Translations under genes and position numbers: made by a program
NCBI GenBank assembly: GCA_045653805.1
Contig: JAZOMF010000075.1
Span: 1,112 to 65,111, forward strand
Direction of reading: 5' to 3'
DNA from: Eubacteriales bacterium
GTDB lineage: Bacteria > Bacillota > Clostridia > Oscillospirales > CAG-272
Length of the DNA stretch: 64,000 nt
In this document: piece by piece, positions 44,188 to 52,310 of the stretch
Numbering within the stretch: position 1 is the first letter of the stretch
How the letters are laid out: each line of letters starts with the position of its first letter
The notes under the pieces: generated by a model
Told to the model about the DNA's origin: nothing
The model's input: only the letters and a program-made list of their open reading frames with translations
Database searches by the model: none

Positions 44188-44895
44188 ATGAATATAAAAG
44201 AAGAACACTCCCGCACCGCATACGTTTACGGTGAGGAGCCAATAAATAAGCTGTCACAGGCGCGCGTGGCCGTTTTGGGTGTTGGGGGCGTTGGCGGATA
44301 CATCTGCGAGGCGCTTTGCCGAGCAGGAGTTGGACATATCGACGTTTTCGACCGTGATACCGTGTCACTTTCAAACATAAACAGACAGATAATTGCTCTT
44401 CATTCCACCGTGGGTCGCCCCAAGGTTGAGGTCATTAAGGAGAGAATGCTGGACATCAATCCCGATTGCGATATAAATGCCTATAACGTGTTTTATCTTC
44501 CCGAAAATGCCGACAAATTTGATCTTTCGGGTTATGACTATATCGCAGACGCAGTTGACACCGTGGCAGCGAAGCTTGAAATAGCAGAAAGAGCGTACAA
44601 AAACGGAGTGCCCGTAATTTCTGCTATGGGAGCGGGAAATAAGACCGATCCAACACGCTTTGAGATCGCCGACATCAGCGACACCACTGTTTGCCCTCTG
44701 GCAAGAATTATGCGCCGCGAACTGAAAGCAAGAGGAATCAAGAAATATAAAGTTGTTTACTCAAGGGAAGAGCCTCGCAAGAGCGGGGTTATCGACCCCG
44801 AAAGCGGCAAAGCAATTCCAGGAAGCCTGTCCTTCGTTCCGTCTGCTATGGGACTTATTATGTCGAGCGCAATCATAAATGACCTTATAAAGTAA
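44188..44895 (+). CDS. tcdA: tRNA threonylcarbamoyladenosine dehydratase (ThiF/E1-like)
   Basis: 235 aa with the VAVLGVGGVGG dinucleotide fold and a ThiF-family layout. Confidence 0.75.
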   Translation: MNIKEEHSRTAYVYGEEPINKLSQARVAVLGVGGVGGYICEALCRAGVGHIDVFDRDTVSLSNINRQIIALHSTVGRPKVEVIKERMLDINPDCDINAYNVFYLPENADKFDLSGYDYIADAVDTVAAKLEIAERAYKNGVPVISAMGAGNKTDPTRFEIADISDTTVCPLARIMRRELKARGIKKYKVVYSREEPRKSGVIDPESGKAIPGSLSFVPSAMGLIMSSAIINDLIK

Positions 44896-44916
44896 ACCTT
44901 TAATCGGAGAATTACC

Positions 44917-45942
44917 GTGAGTATTAAAATTGGAAATATAACCCTTGAGCATGGACTTATACTGGCACCCATGGCAGGCTTTACCGACTACTCCTTTAGA
45001 AAGATCTGCCGTGAGAGCGGTGCGGAATACACCGTTAGCGAAATGGTGTCGGCAAAAGCACTCTGCTACGAGGAATTGTCAAAAAAGAATAGCCTTTCCT
45101 CATCAAAAACCGCGCCATTGGCGGCGGTCAGACACGAGGAAAACCCTATGGCGATCCAGCTTTTCGGAAGCGAGCCTCAGTTTGTATCCGAAGCGGCGGC
45201 TATGATCGAGGCAAGAAATTATAAATATTGCGTTTCCGAGGCTTCTCCCGCAGCAATAGACATAAATATGGGATGTCCTATGCACAAGATCGTAGGCAAC
45301 GGAGAGGGAAGCGCACTTATGAAAAATCCCCGACTTGCCGCAAGTATAGTCGAAGCCACCGTCAAGGCTCTCAGACACACTCCCGTTACCGCCAAAATTC
45401 GCGCAGGATGGGACTCCGACTCCAAGAACGCACCCGAGATGGCAAAAATGCTTGAGGCGGCAGGAGCGTCGCTTATCTGCGTTCACGGAAGAACCAGAGA
45501 GCAGATGTATAATCCCGGAATTGATATCAATATTATCGCAGAAGTAAAAAAAGCGGTCAAGATACCCGTTATCGGCAACGGTGATATATACACCGCCGAT
45601 GATGCCGTAAATATGATAAACGTAACCGAATGCGACGGATTGATGATTGGTAGAGGTGCTCTCGGTAATCCATGGATATTTGGCGAGATCGCCGCAAGGC
45701 TTGGTGGGAAAGAATTCGTTGAGCCCACCCTCTACGAGCGGCTTGATACCTGTCTCTGCCACGTCAATCTGATTCGTGAGAGCAAGGGAGAATACACCGC
45801 CGCAGCAGAGATCAAAAAGCACGCGGCACTTTATATCAAGGGCGTACGAAGCGCCGCATCTGTCCGTGATAGAATTATGAAGACCCACTCCACAAGGGAG
45901 CTTGAAGCAATTATAGCAGAGCTTAAGGAGGCGAATCTATGA
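44917..45942 (+). CDS. dusB: tRNA-dihydrouridine synthase
   Basis: GTG start. LAPMAGFTD, DINMGCP and GNGDI motifs. Confidence 0.88.
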   Translation: MSIKIGNITLEHGLILAPMAGFTDYSFRKICRESGAEYTVSEMVSAKALCYEELSKKNSLSSSKTAPLAAVRHEENPMAIQLFGSEPQFVSEAAAMIEARNYKYCVSEASPAAIDINMGCPMHKIVGNGEGSALMKNPRLAASIVEATVKALRHTPVTAKIRAGWDSDSKNAPEMAKMLEAAGASLICVHGRTREQMYNPGIDINIIAEVKKAVKIPVIGNGDIYTADDAVNMINVTECDGLMIGRGALGNPWIFGEIAARLGGKEFVEPTLYERLDTCLCHVNLIRESKGEYTAAAEIKKHAALYIKGVRSAASVRDRIMKTHSTRELEAIIAELKEANL

Positions 45943-46571
45943 GCAAGATCGCAAAAATAGTTTCCGATGACACACGCTTTGCCCATATGCTGTCTATTTC
46001 TTTGAATGCACTGGGATTTACCATTACTGATAAGTCTTTTGGAGGAGATGAAACTGAAGTCTCGTACATTATAGCAGACCTTGACTCGGTCAACGAAACC
46101 GAGCTTCTGCAATACTCCCAAAGTGCCGTGCTTATCGGTTTTTCAAAAAAGCCCGAAAATGAAGTATATGAGAAAGCCGCACTTTGCGAGGAGTTTTTTC
46201 AGCGCCCCTTTCTCATGCGCGATTTTCTATCTATCTTCGGCGGTACAAAACGAATATTAATAGATAGAAGTTATCCTAAAAAGGAAGTTTTCAAAAAAAC
46301 GAATTATCTTACCGTTTCAGAGCTTGACAAAGCGGCGATCTGGGGCGATCAACTTATCCCCCTCAGTGACAACGAATACAAGGTATTGGCTCTTTTGTGT
46401 AAAAATCGTCGAGAAGTGGTAGAGCGCGAAAGAATATACGCCGAGCTTGGAGCAGAGGAAGGCAATATGGGTGACGTATATATCTGCCATCTGCGCAAAA
46501 AGATTGATAATAAGCTTGGATTAAAGCTGATCTATACCGTACGAGGAAAGGGCTATATGTTGAAAAACTGA
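45939..46571 (+). CDS. orphan OmpR-type response regulator-like protein
   Basis: 210 aa with an ATGA overlap with dusB. It has a receiver-like N-terminus (SDD, IIADLD, GFS, QRPF) and a winged-helix C-terminus (YTVRGKGYML). No kinase gene is nearby. Confidence 0.65.
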   Translation: MSKIAKIVSDDTRFAHMLSISLNALGFTITDKSFGGDETEVSYIIADLDSVNETELLQYSQSAVLIGFSKKPENEVYEKAALCEEFFQRPFLMRDFLSIFGGTKRILIDRSYPKKEVFKKTNYLTVSELDKAAIWGDQLIPLSDNEYKVLALLCKNRREVVERERIYAELGAEEGNMGDVYICHLRKKIDNKLGLKLIYTVRGKGYMLKN

Positions 46572-46631
46572 TCTCGTTTCGTGGTAATGATAATAACTAA
46601 AAAGCGAACGAAGAAATTCGTTCGCTTTCGT

Positions 46632-48164
46632 TTATTTATTTAACAGATAATATTTAGCATTAACGCTCTCAAGCACACGCTTTTCGGAAAATTCAACTCT
46701 CCTGCCGCGTATAAGCTGATAGCTCTCGTGCCCCTTGCCTGCAAGGAGAACAAAATCTCCGTCTTCAGCTATTTCAAATGCTTTTGCGATTGCCTCCGCG
46801 CGGTCGGGAATCCTATATATGGGCTTGTCCACACCGTGGAGACCCTCCATTATACCGTCGATAACGTCGGTGGGATCTTCGTTGTCGGGATTGTCCGAGG
46901 TAAGAATTATTACGTCGGCATCCTCGCCTGCGGCGCGACCAAGCTCGGCACGGCGGCCAAAGGTTCTTCCGCCAACACTACCGAAAAGCACGATAATTCT
47001 CTTGGGGTCATACTCTCGAAGAGAGCGGAGAACTGCCCTCAGACTTGCGCCGTTATGAGCGTAATCGATAACAAAAAGCGTATTGGGGCGGTTTTCAAGC
47101 TCCACCGTTTCAAATCTTCCCGCAATAGTCAGCTTGGCCATCTGCTCTGCAATAAAGTCGGATGATAACCCCATAAGCGAGCATATCGCAAAGGTAATAA
47201 GACCGTTTTCTATGCTGTAAAGACCGGGTATCGGAATAAACATATCCTTCCCGTGCTCCGCAACCGAAACAGAAGTGGGAACACCTGAAAACATTTCAAA
47301 AGAAACGCCGGGACGAATTCCTTTCTTAGCCTTTTGGGCATTTACGGCAAAGAGATCGCAGATCGTATCCCCCTTGGCAGAGGTAGTCACTATATTGGGG
47401 CAATCCACTCCATCAACCATATATCGGCTTTCGGGACAATCGGCATTTATAACTATACTTTTTGCATTATAATCGGTGAAAAGAAGCTTTTTACAATCTC
47501 TGTAATGCTCAAGCGTAGGATGCTCAACACCGCCTATGTGATCCTCATAGAAATTGGTAAAGGCACAGATGTCAAAATTCAATCCATAGGTACGTTGTTG
47601 CCACAAAGCTTGGGATGAGACCTCTATCACTACATCGGTAACTCCATGATTTTTCATCTCGCGGAGCGCCATCTGAAGCTCCAGACAATCGGGAGTGGTA
47701 TTGGCGGTTTCAAAGACCTTGCCGTTATAATACATACCGTTAGTGCCTATGTAACCCATCTTTATACCGCTTGAGACGGCAATGTTGTAGACGGATAAAG
47801 CAACCGTGGTCTTTCCCTTGGTGCCGGTGATACCAATTAGTCGAAGAGAGCTTGCAGGGTCGCCGTAAAACTCAACGGCAATTTTGCGCAGCGCCTCGGA
47901 GGAATCCTTAACGGTAATTACAGCCGCATCATCGGGAAGGTCAACCTCGCGCTCTACCACGAAAAACCGCGCTCCGTTTTCGTATGCACTGACGGCGTAT
48001 CTGTGGCCGTCTACCAGTGCGCCTCTCTTACAAAAGAAAAGACATGTGGGAGAAGCAACACGAGAATTGTGGCAAAGGTGAGCGATCTTTCTCCCGCCGA
48101 GTCCCTTTGGCATCCTTACGGATATGCAATCAAGTCTTTCGATTATATCCTTTATCTTCATCAT
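46632..48164 (-). CDS. murE: UDP-N-acetylmuramoyl-L-alanyl-D-glutamate--2,6-diaminopimelate ligase
   Basis: 510 aa with GITGTKGKTT and a DNPDNE (DNPR-like) motif. Confidence 0.88.
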   Translation of the reverse strand: MMKIKDIIERLDCISVRMPKGLGGRKIAHLCHNSRVASPTCLFFCKRGALVDGHRYAVSAYENGARFFVVEREVDLPDDAAVITVKDSSEALRKIAVEFYGDPASSLRLIGITGTKGKTTVALSVYNIAVSSGIKMGYIGTNGMYYNGKVFETANTTPDCLELQMALREMKNHGVTDVVIEVSSQALWQQRTYGLNFDICAFTNFYEDHIGGVEHPTLEHYRDCKKLLFTDYNAKSIVINADCPESRYMVDGVDCPNIVTTSAKGDTICDLFAVNAQKAKKGIRPGVSFEMFSGVPTSVSVAEHGKDMFIPIPGLYSIENGLITFAICSLMGLSSDFIAEQMAKLTIAGRFETVELENRPNTLFVIDYAHNGASLRAVLRSLREYDPKRIIVLFGSVGGRTFGRRAELGRAAGEDADVIILTSDNPDNEDPTDVIDGIMEGLHGVDKPIYRIPDRAEAIAKAFEIAEDGDFVLLAGKGHESYQLIRGRRVEFSEKRVLESVNAKYYLLNK

Positions 48165-48181
48165 ATCGGCCGTCTCCTTTC

Positions 48182-48526
48182 TTATTTTGTTATTTCATCG
48201 TAGCGCACCACTACAAAAGAGCTTTCAATCACAGCGATTTTGTTGTTCACTATCTTCTCGGCATCATCTCCGCAAAGAATTATTACAGGGAAGTAATACT
48301 CCTCCAACGACTTTTCAAAAGCCATAAGACTCATAATCAAAAAATCCGCTTTGAAGGGAGCTACCTTGTGACAGCGGTATTTCATCCTCTGCCAAAGAGA
48401 AAAATTATCGGCAAAAAGATGCACCTCAGCTCCGGTGGTTTTTCTTATTCTTTTGGCAACTGTTGTAGAATTTTTTCCACTTCCGATAATTATCGGAACG
48501 AGATATTCGTGATTTAAATATTCCAT
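48182..48526 (-). CDS. 114-aa hypothetical protein
   Basis: Tightly upstream of murE. No recognisable motif. Confidence 0.45.
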   Translation of the reverse strand: MEYLNHEYLVPIIIGSGKNSTTVAKRIRKTTGAEVHLFADNFSLWQRMKYRCHKVAPFKADFLIMSLMAFEKSLEEYYFPVIILCGDDAEKIVNNKIAVIESSFVVVRYDEITK

Positions 48527-48680
48527 AAAACTCTCTCAATATCAAATATGTCTAATTATATCATATTTTGCCCGCTTTGTCATAAAAAAGCAAAAAAATT
48601 TACACAACTTCCAAAATTTCACTTGTAAATAGGGAAGAAATGTAATATAATCTATCTAACGATACTTTTGCGAGGCAAAA

Positions 48681-49259
48681 ATGAAAAAAGAACTTATATA
48701 CAGCATATTTTCAAATATCCCAACTCTTGAAACTGATAGGTGTATTTTGCGCAAATTGAGTCTTGACGATACCGACGATATGCACGAATATTCAGGCAAT
48801 CACGATGTCACGAAATATCTCACTTGGTCGCCTCATCCTGACAAGGCGTATACTCTCGAATACCTTATGTATCTGCAAAATAGATATAAGACAGGCGATT
48901 TCTTCGATTGGGCAGTCATCTGCAAGGATAGTGGCAAGATGATTGGAACCTGCGGCTTTACCCGATTCTTCTTCGCACATAACGGCGCCGAAATAGGCTA
49001 CGTACTCAATCCTGCATATCACGGCAAAGGGATCGGCACAGAGGTGGTTGGCAGAGTTATAAAATACGGCTTCGAAAACCTCGCCCTTGAGCGGATCGAA
49101 GGTAAATTTATGATAGAAAATGAGGCATCACGCCGCGTTATGGAGAAAAACGGTATGGTGTTCGAGGGCATACGCCGCAAGGGAATGCTCATCAAAGGTG
49201 TTTACCGTAACGTGGGCAGTTGCGCTATCATCAAGGAAGATTTTTTCAAAAATGTATGA
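48681..49259 (+). CDS. GNAT N-acetyltransferase (RimJ/RimL-like)
   Basis: 192 aa, TDRCILRKL...HGKGIGTE... Confidence 0.8.
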   Translation: MKKELIYSIFSNIPTLETDRCILRKLSLDDTDDMHEYSGNHDVTKYLTWSPHPDKAYTLEYLMYLQNRYKTGDFFDWAVICKDSGKMIGTCGFTRFFFAHNGAEIGYVLNPAYHGKGIGTEVVGRVIKYGFENLALERIEGKFMIENEASRRVMEKNGMVFEGIRRKGMLIKGVYRNVGSCAIIKEDFFKNV

Positions 49260-49267
49260 TTTGGCAC

Positions 49268-49296
49268 TTGAAAAAGCGCCGTATATGTGCTATAAT
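49268..49296 (+). promoter_or_regulatory. promoter of tRNA-Arg (TTGAAA-N17(TGc)-TATAAT)
   Basis: ttgaaaaagcgccgtatatgtgctataat. Confidence 0.6.
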
Positions 49297-49329
49297 ACTT
49301 TTTGTTGTAAAATAAATTGAATATCGCAC

Positions 49330-49404
49330 GCCTCCATAGTTAAATGGATATAATAAGCCCCTCCTAAGGGTTAGTTATGGGTTCGATTCCCGTTGGGGGT
49401 GCCA
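49330..49404 (+). tRNA. tRNA-Arg (anticodon CCT), CCA encoded
   Basis: Hand-folded. Acceptor gcctcca/tgggggt with two G-U pairs. D arm gtta..taat. Anticodon arm agccc-ctCCTaa-gggtt. T arm atggg-ttcgatt-cccgt. Discriminator G, then CCA. Confidence 0.8.
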
Positions 49405-49451
49405 AAAGGGTCAAGCTGCCCGCGGCTTGACCCTTTTGGCACCCCCAACGG
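49390..49451. repeat. 27-bp perfect inverted repeat that includes the tRNA 3' end
   Basis: ccgttgggggtgccaaaagggtcaagc-tgcccgcg-gcttgacccttttggcacccccaacgg. Confidence 0.9.
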
Positions 49452-49636
49452 AGTAAATTGAATGCTTCACTAAATTGCGAAATAATTTGTGTAAAGGTTC
49501 TGATTCCAAACATCACTACGTGATGATTTCATGCCGAAGACAAGCAACTATTCGACTCTTAGAAAGAACAACAAGTAAAATCCGTAAAAAAAAGCCATAT
49601 TTTATCGATTTTTCATAACAATTTATCGATTTTCCA

Positions 49637-49665
49637 TTGTAAAATTTATAGCAATCTGCTATAAT
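49637..49665 (+). promoter_or_regulatory. promoter of aminotransferase operon (TTGTAA-N17(TGc)-TATAAT)
   Basis: ttgtaaaatttatagcaatctgctataat. Two tttatcgatttt direct repeats lie upstream. Confidence 0.55.
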
Positions 49666-49734
49666 TAAGTGAATAGACCGGCGTATATGCCGGTTTAAAT
49701 GAAAAATGAAACTATTTTTAGGAGGTAAAATATC

Positions 49735-51045
49735 ATGGGAAAACAAACGACTGATTTCAGATACAACACAGGTGCTACCAGAGTACCGTGGGCTGCAGTT
49801 GGTGAAAACTACAACGTTCATGACCTTATGGAAATTATCCGTTTCCTTATGCAGGGCGAGGGCGAAGAATACGATGCTGCTATTGCTGCAGTATGGGAGC
49901 AGGTTAAGAAGTTGGATACAGTTTCTCACGCACCCGGTAAGCTTTCTCTCGGAAGCAAGGTAGCAGCAGCTGAGGAGGCTTGTAACGAATATCTCAAAAC
50001 AGAGTCTTCCACCTTTGTAACCAATGCAACCGCAGGATTTGAGATCGCATACAAGTATGCAAACCTTAAGGCAGGTGACGAGGTTATCGTTCCCGCTATC
50101 ACCTTCGTTGCTACTATGGCATATCCTCTTGCTATCGGATGCAAGCTCGTTTTTGCTGACGTTGATCCCAGAACCATCAATATGGATCCTGCAGACGTTG
50201 CTCGCAAGATCACTCCCAAGACCAAGATGATCGTTCCCGTACATATCGGCGGTTATCCCGTTGACCTTGACCCCATTCTTGAGCTTGCAAAGAAGAATAA
50301 TATTGTTGTTCTTGAAGACGCTGCTCACGCATTCGGTGCAATGTATAAGGGCAGAATGATCGGTACTATCGGTGATTTCGGTGCATTCTCCATGCATGAG
50401 GTTAAGAACATCACCTCCTTCGGTGAGGGCGGTATTCTTTGTACCTCCATCCCCGGCTATACTCCTCACATGAAGAGAGCTCGTTTCTTGGGTCTTGACT
50501 TCACTTGCCCCATCAAGGATTGGCTCTACAACATCACGCCCATCCCCGGAAAGGAAGCTCCTTTCGTTCCCGGAAACTCCTCTACTACTGAGATCCAGGG
50601 TCTCGGACTCACTCTTCAGGTTGCAAGAAACGAGGAGATCATCGCAATACGTCGCAAGGCTGCTGAATATCTTACCAAGAGATTTGCTGAAAACGACGCT
50701 ATCGTTCCTCAGCTTCTTGACAGCGACGAGATCAAGCCTACTTACCACCTCTACCTCCTCCAGATCGATCCTGCCAAGGCCGGCGGCGATATTCAGGTGC
50801 TTAAGAAGAAGCTTGAAGAGAAGGGCGTTACTCAGATCGCGCACTTCGGTCCCCTCTACCGCTTCAAGATCGTTCAGGATATGGGCTACGATTCTGACGA
50901 GATCGCAAAGACTTGTCCCGTATGTGAAGAGGTATTCTACAAGAGATTTACTCACCTTCCTCTCTACGGTCTCTCCGACGAGCAGATCGAGTACATGGCA
51001 GACGCCGTTCTCGAGGCAGTTGCAGAGATGCAGCGCGGCGAATAA
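49735..51045 (+). CDS. DegT/DnrJ/EryC1/StrS-family PLP-dependent aminotransferase
   Basis: 436 aa with RBS AGGAGG. The FSMHEVKNITSFGEGG segment carries the PLP-lysine. Confidence 0.8.
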   Translation: MGKQTTDFRYNTGATRVPWAAVGENYNVHDLMEIIRFLMQGEGEEYDAAIAAVWEQVKKLDTVSHAPGKLSLGSKVAAAEEACNEYLKTESSTFVTNATAGFEIAYKYANLKAGDEVIVPAITFVATMAYPLAIGCKLVFADVDPRTINMDPADVARKITPKTKMIVPVHIGGYPVDLDPILELAKKNNIVVLEDAAHAFGAMYKGRMIGTIGDFGAFSMHEVKNITSFGEGGILCTSIPGYTPHMKRARFLGLDFTCPIKDWLYNITPIPGKEAPFVPGNSSTTEIQGLGLTLQVARNEEIIAIRRKAAEYLTKRFAENDAIVPQLLDSDEIKPTYHLYLLQIDPAKAGGDIQVLKKKLEEKGVTQIAHFGPLYRFKIVQDMGYDSDEIAKTCPVCEEVFYKRFTHLPLYGLSDEQIEYMADAVLEAVAEMQRGE

Positions 51046-51141
51046 TTGAAATTTGCTTAATGCTTTTGTGCCTTTGCGCTTTGGCGCAAAGGCACAAATA
51101 TAAAAGAACGAAAACTTCCTAAAATCGAAAGGAATATATTT

Positions 51142-52182
51142 ATGAGAAAGATCAAATGGGGCGTTATCGGTTGCGGCGGTATTGCTGACCGCAGAACTCT
51201 TCCCGGAATGATGCTCTCCGACATCGCAGAGCTTGTTGCAGTAATGGACGTAAATCCCGATTTCGCAGAAAAATGCAAAGAAAAATACGGTGCAAAATAT
51301 GCTTTCACTACTCACGAGGAGCTTTTGGCTATCGATGAGATCGAGCCACTATATATCGCATCCCCCGTATTCTGCCACAAGGAGCAGGCTTTGGCGGCGG
51401 CAAAAGCCGGCAAACACATCCTGCTCGAAAAGCCCATGGGCTTGACCGTTGCAGACAGTGAGGAAATAATCGCAGCTTGCGATGCGGCAGGAGTTAAGCT
51501 GGGCGTTGGCTTTATGATGAGATTCCACGCATATCACCAGGCTATGAAGCAGTTGATTGCAGATGGCAAGATCGGTGACATAGTATCTATGAGAGCGCAG
51601 TTTAGCTGCTGGTATCCCGAAATGGCTAATTGCTGGAGACAGGACAAGAAGCTTTCTGGCGGCGGTGCGCTTATGGATCTTGGAATCCATTGTATCGACC
51701 TTCTTCAGTACATCTCCGGTCTTGATGCAGTTGAGTGCTTCGGATTTGCGCAGAATCAGACCTTCAATTACTCGGCAGACGACTCCGCAAATGTTATCAT
51801 GAAGATGAACAATGGCGCTCTTGCATATGTTGACGTTAACTTCAACATTCCCGATGCAGCCGGATCTGCTCCTCTTGAATTCTATGGAACAAAGGGAAGC
51901 ATCATTGCCAGCGGCACACTCTCTCAGGTAATGAGCGGATCTGTTAAAGTTCTCGCTTGTCCTGAGACAAAGGGATATGACGCACAGCAGGATCACAACC
52001 TCGTTGAGCCTATTGAGCTTACCATCGAAGAGGGTAATATGTACACCCTTGAGCTTGATGCTTTCGCAAACGCAATTATCAACGACACCGAGCCCCCCGT
52101 AAGTGGCAAGGGAACTCTCTCGGTTCAGAAGATAATCGAATCAGTTTATACCTCTAACGGAAGCGTTACAAAAATCAAGTAA
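51142..52182 (+). CDS. Gfo/Idh/MocA family oxidoreductase
   Basis: 346 aa with GVIGCGGIA Rossmann motif and EKP motif. Confidence 0.8.
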   Translation: MRKIKWGVIGCGGIADRRTLPGMMLSDIAELVAVMDVNPDFAEKCKEKYGAKYAFTTHEELLAIDEIEPLYIASPVFCHKEQALAAAKAGKHILLEKPMGLTVADSEEIIAACDAAGVKLGVGFMMRFHAYHQAMKQLIADGKIGDIVSMRAQFSCWYPEMANCWRQDKKLSGGGALMDLGIHCIDLLQYISGLDAVECFGFAQNQTFNYSADDSANVIMKMNNGALAYVDVNFNIPDAAGSAPLEFYGTKGSIIASGTLSQVMSGSVKVLACPETKGYDAQQDHNLVEPIELTIEEGNMYTLELDAFANAIINDTEPPVSGKGTLSVQKIIESVYTSNGSVTKIK

Positions 52183-52190
52183 ATATAACT

Positions 52191-52225
52191 GCCCCGTTCA
52201 CAAAAAGTGAATGGGGCGATTTTTC
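52191..52225 (+). terminator. intrinsic terminator
   Basis: gccccgttcac-aaaaa-gtgaatggggc followed by gattttt. Confidence 0.75.
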
Positions 52226-52310
52226 ACTCTATTTTTGTTTTAATTATTGAAATCTTGCACAAAATATGGTATAATTATCTTGTATTACGATTTTAGAAAG
52301 GAAAGCCGCT

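Noticed and set aside
49516-51315. 599-aa minus-strand ORF covering the aminotransferase gene and flanks
   Set aside because: It is antisense to a DegT-family gene with its PLP-lysine motif. It also runs through promoter and terminator sequences.
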